Notes under the pieces: model-generated
Databases searched by the model: none
Told to the model about the DNA's origin: nothing
Seen by the model: the letters and a program-made list of their open reading frames with translations, nothing else
NCBI GenBank assembly: GCA_009914755.4
Contig: CP068257.2
Span: forward strand, 36,384,001-36,448,000
Length of the DNA stretch: 64,000 bases
Reading direction: 5' to 3'
DNA from: the human T2T-CHM13v2.0 reference genome, Homo sapiens
Made by a program: the position numbers and the translations under genes
Shown here: one piece after another, positions 57,661 to 64,000 of the stretch
Layout of the letters: each line of letters starts with the position of its first letter
How positions within the stretch are numbered: the stretch's first letter is position 1

Positions 57661-58222
57661 GGTGGTGCTGATCTTCCAGGCACTGGTAGTGTTTAGAGCT
57701 TTCCTGGTGACTACAATGTGCAGCAGGGTGGACAGCCCCTTCCTGAGGGATCTAAAAAGGACCATCCCCCTTTTTCTCTGCTTCATCTTTTGTTATTTGT
57801 TTGTTTGACAATTGTAGGGGTTCTCTCCATGGATCGCGACCCTCTCCTGCCCCTGCTATTTCCAGAAAGTGCAGTGGCATTTCTGACAGTTGGACCTGCT
57901 TCTGAGATCATTCCCCTTCTGTATCAAATGACTTGCTCTTCCATGCCTTGCTCCACAAACTAGCAGCATCAGTCTTACCTAGAGCATGACAGACAAGCCT
58001 AGATATTGCACCTACTGAGGGATGATGTCCTGAAGTACTGCATCCACAGCTCCACTGTTCTCTCAGGGTCCATCTGCAGCTCATCCTCCCTTTCACATCT
58101 GCCCAATCTCATCTCCCTTCCTGCATGCCCTGCCTCCCCTTTGAAACATCAGCTTTCCTTCCACTGAAATCACTCTCCTTCCCTCCAGTTTAATTAGCCT
58201 GACTGCCTAAAAAAAACAAACA

Positions 58223-58512
58223 GGCCAGCTGCAGTAGCTCACTCTCATAAGGCGAGGCAGGAAGATCACTTGAGGCTAGGAGTTCAAGACCAGCCTGGGC
58301 AGCATAGCAAGACCCTGTCTCTACAAAAACTAAAAAATTAAAAAATTAGCTTGGCATGGTGGTGCATGCCTGTTGTCCCAGCTACTCAGGAGGCTGAGGT
58401 GGGAGGATCACTTGAGCCCAGGAGATTGAGGCTGCAGTGAGTGACCCATGATCCTGTCACTGCACTCCAGGAGCAACAGGGCAAGACCCTGTCTCAAAAA
58501 AATTATAAAAAT
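58223..58512 (+). mobile_element. Alu (older, AluJ/S-like, with a deletion in the left arm)
   Basis: Carries 'ggccagctgcagtagctcactctcataaggcgaggcaggaagatcacttgaggctaggagttcaagaccagcctgggcagcatagcaagaccctgtctctacaaaaactaaaaaattaaaaaattagcttggcatggtggtgcatgcctgttgtcccagctactcaggaggctgaggtgggaggatcacttgagcccaggagattgaggctgcagtgagtgacccatgatcctgtcactgcactccagg...caagaccctgtctcaaaaaaatt'. Confidence 0.9.
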
Positions 58513-58944
58513 AAACAACTCTTCTACAGCTCCTTTTCTTCTAGTAAAGTGAAGTACACTTTCATAGCCTTCTAGCTCCTCCTTGATTCTTCTAGCAAAT
58601 ATGGCATCTATAAAGTAATCCAGATGCAAGACTTGTCAGTGCACTTCTAACCTTTGGGTTCACAAACACTGAATTAAGTTGTTTTTTTGCCACTCCACTA
58701 AAAAAAGACATTAAAAAAGTGCTGCCATTCCTTCATTTAATTTTCATGGAAGATTCACTGAAATGATCTAATTTCTTTGTCTGTATTTTGACTATAAAGC
58801 TAATACATGGCTTTATTCTTCTTTATTTGTTGATGATTCAAATCTACTATACTTCTACAATTAAAACTGGTCTGGAACTCTAAAATCGAAATTCAGGATT
58901 ACAGTTTATGCAGCTAAAAATTGCAAAGCCAACTTGAGATCACA

Positions 58945-60285
58945 CGGTGGTGGTGATTGGGGTAATGGTGGAGTGATGTGGTGATCATAGCAGTAGTGGG
59001 ATGGTGGTAGAGATGGTATGATGGCAGTATGGTGGTGGCAGGAAGATGCTCATGGAGGTGACAGTAACCATGATGGTGGAAATGGAGCAGGAGGTAAAAG
59101 TTGTGATGGAGGTAGGGGTGGGGGCTGTGATGGTAATGGTAATAGTGATGGTGATGGTGGTGGTGATGGTTGGTGGTGGTGATGGTGGTGATATTGGGGA
59201 TGATAGTGATGGTGGTGGTGGTGATGACGATGATGGTAGTCATAATGGTGATGATAGTGATGGTGGTGGTGGTGGTGATATGGTGATGGTGATGATAGTG
59301 GTGGTAATGGTGGTGGTGGTGGTATGGTAGTGATAGTGGTGATGACAGTGATGGTGGTGATGTTGGTGGTTGTAGTGGTGATGGTGATAATGGTGGTGGT
59401 GGTGATGATGGTAGTGATAATGGTTGTAGTGGTGATGGTAGTGATAGTGATGGTGGTGGTGGTTATAGTGGTAATGGTGGTGGTGATGATAGCGATGATA
59501 GTGGTGATAGTAATGATGGTGGCGGTGATGGTGGTGGTGATAGTGATGGTGTTGGTGGTGGTGGTGATGGTGGTGGTGGTGACAGTAATGGTGATGACTG
59601 TGATGGTACTGGTGTTGGTGATGGCTGTGATGATAGTGATGGTATTGGTGTTGGTGGTGATGGTGGTGGTGATGGTGTTGGCTGTGATTGTGTGGTGGTG
59701 ATGTTGATGGTGGTGGTGATGGTGTTGGCGGTGTTGGTGTTGGTGGTGATGGTGTTGTTGGTGATGGTGGTGGTGATAGTGTTGGTGTTGTTGGTGGTGG
59801 TGATGGTGGTGGTGGTGATAGTAATGGTGGTGGCTATGATAGTATTGTTGGTGTTGCTGATGGTGGTGATGATAGTGATGGTGTTGGTGTTGGTGGTTGA
59901 TGGATAGTGGTGGTGATAGTGATGGTGGTGGTGGTGATGGTGTTGGCTGTGATTGTGTGGTGGTGATGTTGATGGTAGTGGTGATGGTGGTGGTGTTGGT
60001 GGTGGTGGTGATGTTGGTGGTGATAGTGATGGTGATGGTGGTGGTGGTGGTGATGGTGGTTGTGGTGATAGCGACGATGGTGGTTGTCATGGTATTGGTG
60101 GTGGTGGTGGTGATGGTGGTGGTGATAGTGATGGTGGTGGTGGTGATGGTGTTGCCTGTGATGCTGTGGTAGTGATGATCATGGTGGTGGTGGTGGTGGT
60201 GCTAATGGTGATGGTGGTGATGGAGGTAATGGGAGTGGCAGCATTGGAGGTGTTGAGGAGGCTGGTGGTGGGAGGGGAATGGTTG
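58945..60285. repeat. ~1.34-kb GT-rich minisatellite of mixed triplets (GGT/GAT/AGT/GTT; units such as GGTGGTGATGGTG, GATAGTGATGGTG) with higher-order repeats
   Basis: 'ggtggtggtgattggggtaatggtggagtgatgtggtgatcatagcagtagtgggatggtggtagagatgg...' runs continuously to '...ggtggtgatggaggtaatgggagtggcagcattggaggtg'. Near-identical ~60-bp blocks recur, e.g. 'ggtggtggtgatggtgttggctgtgattgtgtggtggtgatgttgatggt' at ~59650 and ~59930. It explains the 346-aa T/I/H/P-rich ORF (minus) and the V/M/G/D-rich ORFs (plus). Confidence 0.95.
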
Positions 60286-61408
60286 TGACACAGCCTCTGG
60301 ACAAGGCACATAGTAAGGAGGGATTCATCCCTCAAATTCCTCTCAATGCCTGCATACACCTACTGGAATTTGGGACAGTGAAGCAGGGAGTGTGGGACAG
60401 ATGCTGCTCTGTTGGCCTGGTCCTACCGATTCAAAACAGAATATGAACTCACCATTGCCTCCTGAACCACACAGAGCCCACTGACTATTATTTAGGGGCC
60501 TTGCCTAGAGGCCCCACTGAGGTAATCCAGAAAGGGGCAAGTATGTTTTCATCACAAATGCCAAGACAGCACCAGGCTGGCTGCTCTCCTGGAGTCCAGG
60601 ATCAAGCTGCAGTGGCTCCCACGGCAGCAGGCATGTGCTGCAAGCCAGATTGGAAGCAGTTTTGCTAAGGTTCTTCCTTATTAAAACAAGCTCTGTTCTG
60701 CACTAGCTGCTGGCTGTGAGTTCAGAGGGCATGGGTTTATGGTGGTGCCAGTAGTGCCTATTTGCAGCGGTTCCAAGCAGCCATTTGACCAGACTCCCCC
60801 AGCAACCTTTTCAATCTCACCAATTCTTGTTTTTCTTGGGGTTCTCAGCTCATGTACTAAAGGCGTATGGCAAATGCCCTCTATACATACATTCCATACA
60901 TGAAATGTGGGAGTTTTAGGGGGAATTTAAGCAACACCCCTCTGATGTCATTTCTGAGGTATTTGAATGGAGAGAGCAGGGCACGCAGGGATGAAAATAC
61001 GAGTTTATCCCTGATAAGTGCTGGCTTGGAGGACACAACTTAGGTGGGCAGTCAGATGGGCTGGGTGCTTCCTTCTCCCCCAACTCTCCTCTCCCCAGCT
61101 GTCTAGCCCTTGGCACACTTACTCCAGGCTTGTGTCTCCCTAACAGATTCACTTACCCTGGTTGCTGGCATGCCTGGCCATTGGAAGAAAGGGAAATTTC
61201 TTCCTTTTTTTTTTTACATTCTTTCCCTCAACAAACTTTATTGAGCACCTAGTAACTGCCAAGCCTGGACAAGACAGAAAATAATTTTGTTTTTCTGATA
61301 CTTATGTTTCAGCGGAGACACAAGTACTCTTTGTTTGATTGCCTTTTGCTGAATGTGCCCAGTTGAAACTCACTTTTTAACCTGTGAGGAGAGTGATAAA
61401 AGGACATA

Positions 61409-61735
<327 letters not shown>

Positions 61736-62804
61736 CTAGTCATTCAGAGAGGTCAAATGCAGTCCTCTTTGGGAAGTGACTGGATGTGCAGAGAAAGTCA
61801 GAGGGAGGTCTCGCCGCCTCTCAGGCTGCTTCGAAGGATCTCAGTCTGTGGACCAATGGGCTTTTCTGCATTCGGCTGCCATGGCTTGTGGCACATTCAG
61901 CAGGATTGGTTTCTGACCTCCCATCAGGCTGGGAGCACCCCACCGTGTATGTAGCTCAATACCGAGAGATTTGTAAAGGTTTTTATTGAATGACTCTAAG
62001 GTTCTAAGCCTGGGTAACTTGGGTTATAACAGCATTCATAAATGGAAATAGAGATATTCGAAAGACACTTTTTTTTTTGAGGGAGAAACTGCTGAGCGCA
62101 GGTTTAGACTTCGTGAGATGTTTAGAGGACAGCATATTATTTTTTGCATGGCTGGATTTAATGGCTGTTTTGCATCCCTTTGCAGGGTTGAGATAGCAGA
62201 GGACTCTCAGAAACCCTCACACCCAGCATTAAGAGGCACACACTAGATCAGTTTGCAGATACAAATCTTTGTGGCTCTATACTTTCTTTAAAATCAATTC
62301 CCAGTATTTTAAATTCCTCATTATTCCTCTATCATGTGTTAGACAAATATGATATCCACAGATCTACAAATGGCTATAACTATGCTGTCACTGCAGGGAT
62401 GTCTTGCTCTCTGAACTGTCGTCAGGAAGCTTATAAATAAATACGGGACACATGAAGCTAATTTGATACCAACAGCAATAATATAAACTCTGACTAAGGG
62501 AAAATTGGAAAGTGTTGCTGATCTAACAGCACAAAGAGGCATTAGGAACGTGCGTCTGCATGTACCTCACTCCCAGGCTTGGGCTCTTTCCCATAACATT
62601 TGGAGGCTGTGATTTCACCTACCAAATACCTATTTACATGCTTAGCCTTTGGATCATATAATTCACATCTCTGAGAAAATGATGTTTTGTTACCTAAATG
62701 TTTCACTGCTAAATGAGATCAGCTGAAGAGTATGTTATTATTGGCTTCAAACTATGAGTTGGAAATGTCCACACACTTGCACCTTGCTTTGGTGCTATTA
62801 TTTG

Positions 62805-63215
62805 TTTTTGATTTTGTTTTGTTTTATGTTTTTGATGGGAGAGTGCGGGGCGTGATGATCATGGCTCACTGTAGCCTCCACCTCCTGGGCTCAAGCCATC
62901 CTCCTGTCTCAGCACTCTTAGGACTGACTACAAGTGCACACCACTGCACCCAGCAACTGTTTTTTTGGTAGTTACAGGGTCTAGCTATGTTGCCCAGCCT
63001 GGTCTCAAACTCTTAGACTCAAGCAATCCTCCCACCTGAGCCTCCTGGGTAGCTGGGACTACAGGCACTCACCACCACGCTCGATTAATTTTTATATTAT
63101 TTGTAGAGATGGGGTTTCACCATATTGCCTAGGCTGGTCTCAAATTCCTAGGCTCAAGCGGTCTGAATGCTTCAGCCTCCCAAAGTGCTGGGATTACAGG
63201 ACTGAGACTTCATGA
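62805..63215 (-). mobile_element. Alu cluster, minus orientation: a partial Alu (right arm, ~62805-62965) followed by a near-complete old Alu (AluJ-like, ~62975-63215)
   Basis: '...gggagagtgcggggcgtgatgatcatggctcactgtagcctccacctcctgggctcaagccatcctcctgtctcagc...' is followed by 'agggtctagctatgttgcccagcctggtctcaaactcttagactcaagcaatcctcccacctgagcctcctgggtagctgggactacaggcactcaccaccacgctcgattaattttta...agagatggggtttcaccatattgcctaggctggtctcaaattcctaggctcaagcggtctgaatgcttcagcctcccaaagtgctgggattacagg'. Confidence 0.85.
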
Positions 63216-63847
63216 CTGTCCAGCGCTGTTATTTAAAATACAAACTGAGTTCTCTACAAGGTGGAAGTTTTAATAAGTGATGCACCTTGTCAGAGTAAAA
63301 GCTTTCAGTGGGGGAAAATGTGCTTTAATTTAGTTCATCTAAATTTCTCCACACTCTCAGCACAGCGATTATCTTGCCTTCTATATCACCCTGACACATA
63401 CTATTAACCTATCAAACAGCAGAAGGCTGAGCACCACCAGGCTCCAATCTATACAGATAGTTGGGCCAATTCAGGTCAAAATTTTATTGGTTTTGGCCTA
63501 AAAGCTGCTGGAAAAACTTGTAAAATGAAGAGAAGTTACAATGTGATTTTAAAGCGGATTTCAAAGATGAGAACAGGATAATATCAGTTTCTGGCTGCAA
63601 AGTTTTCTTCTGTTAAAAACCTATAAGTTAAATAGGCACACAAATATATTTCTATGCTCTTTAAACTACTGGGTATAAAGTGATCACAATTTTAAGTTGC
63701 ATAAAAGGACTGCAAATATTAAAACACTTGACTACAATAAGGTTCCTTTTGGGCCTTAGGTAAGTAATGTTTTCTGGTGTTGTTCCAGAAAGCATAATAA
63801 ATAAAATAAAATTATCCTTTGATCATACCAAGGGGTTTGTGACAGTG

Positions 63848-64000
63848 TGTATTAGCCTGTTTTCACACTGCTATAAAGAACTACCTGAGACTGGGTAATT
63901 TATAAAGAAAAGAGGTTTAATTGACTCATAGTTCTGCATGGCCAGGGAGGCCTCAGGAAACTTACAATCATGGCAGAAGGTGAAGGGGAGGCAAGGCACG
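63848..64000 (-). mobile_element. THE1-family LTR (minus), truncated by the window end
   Basis: 'tgtattagcctgttttcacactgctataaagaactacctgagactgggtaatttataaagaaaagaggtttaattgactcatagttctgcatggccagggaggcctcaggaaacttacaatcatggcagaaggtgaaggggaggcaaggcacg' is the reverse complement of the THE1 LTR 3' half. Confidence 0.75.

Noticed and set aside
56869-57671. 206-aa and 173-aa ORFs (L/S/I/P-rich), and the idea of a CRISPR-like array of 'tctatc' repeats
   Set aside because: The ORFs are translations of the 700-bp polypyrimidine microsatellite. The repeats are degenerate, contiguous and without unique spacers, and the context is human DNA, so this is not a CRISPR array.
59050-60090. 346-aa ORF (minus strand) and several 70-125-aa ORFs (plus strand) with T/I/H/P-rich or V/M/G/D-rich translations
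   Set aside because: All lie wholly inside the 58945-60285 GGT/GAT minisatellite. Their length and composition are a direct consequence of stop-poor triplet repeats, so they are not genes.

Overview
This window is primate, almost certainly human, nuclear DNA, not a prokaryotic or phage locus. It is packed with the usual human interspersed repeats. There are at least 16 Alu copies; several AluY copies keep their CpGs and have perfect target-site duplications (TSDs). There are several L1 3' fragments, both old L1M/L1PB-type and younger L1PA-type. There are five THE1-family (ERVL-MaLR) LTRs, including one apparently full-length LTR-internal-LTR element. Other MaLR LTRs, MIR fragments and many micro/minisatellites are also present. 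The six-frame ORF track has no ORF with a coding signature. Every ORF over 150 aa is explained by low-complexity repeats, by an Alu, or by the THE1 internal region. I see no convincing exon, no CpG island, no RNA gene and no CRISPR array. I also find no evidence of a new multi-gene 'system'. The interesting content is structural: (i) a ~1.3 kb GGT/GAT-type GT-rich minisatellite; (ii) a ~700 bp polypyrimidine (TCTATC-like) expansion nested inside a MaLR LTR; (iii) two Alus of different subfamilies sitting in tandem at what looks like the same target site, with a triplicated 10-bp TSD; (iv) an L1PA 3' end with a 5' inversion typical of twin priming; (v) a hairpin-rich inverted-repeat block near 31.1-31.4 kb; (vi) candidate young AluY insertions. 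All coordinates are from manual reading and may be off by a few bases. Family and subfamily names rest on my recall of consensus sequences and should be confirmed with RepeatMasker/Dfam.
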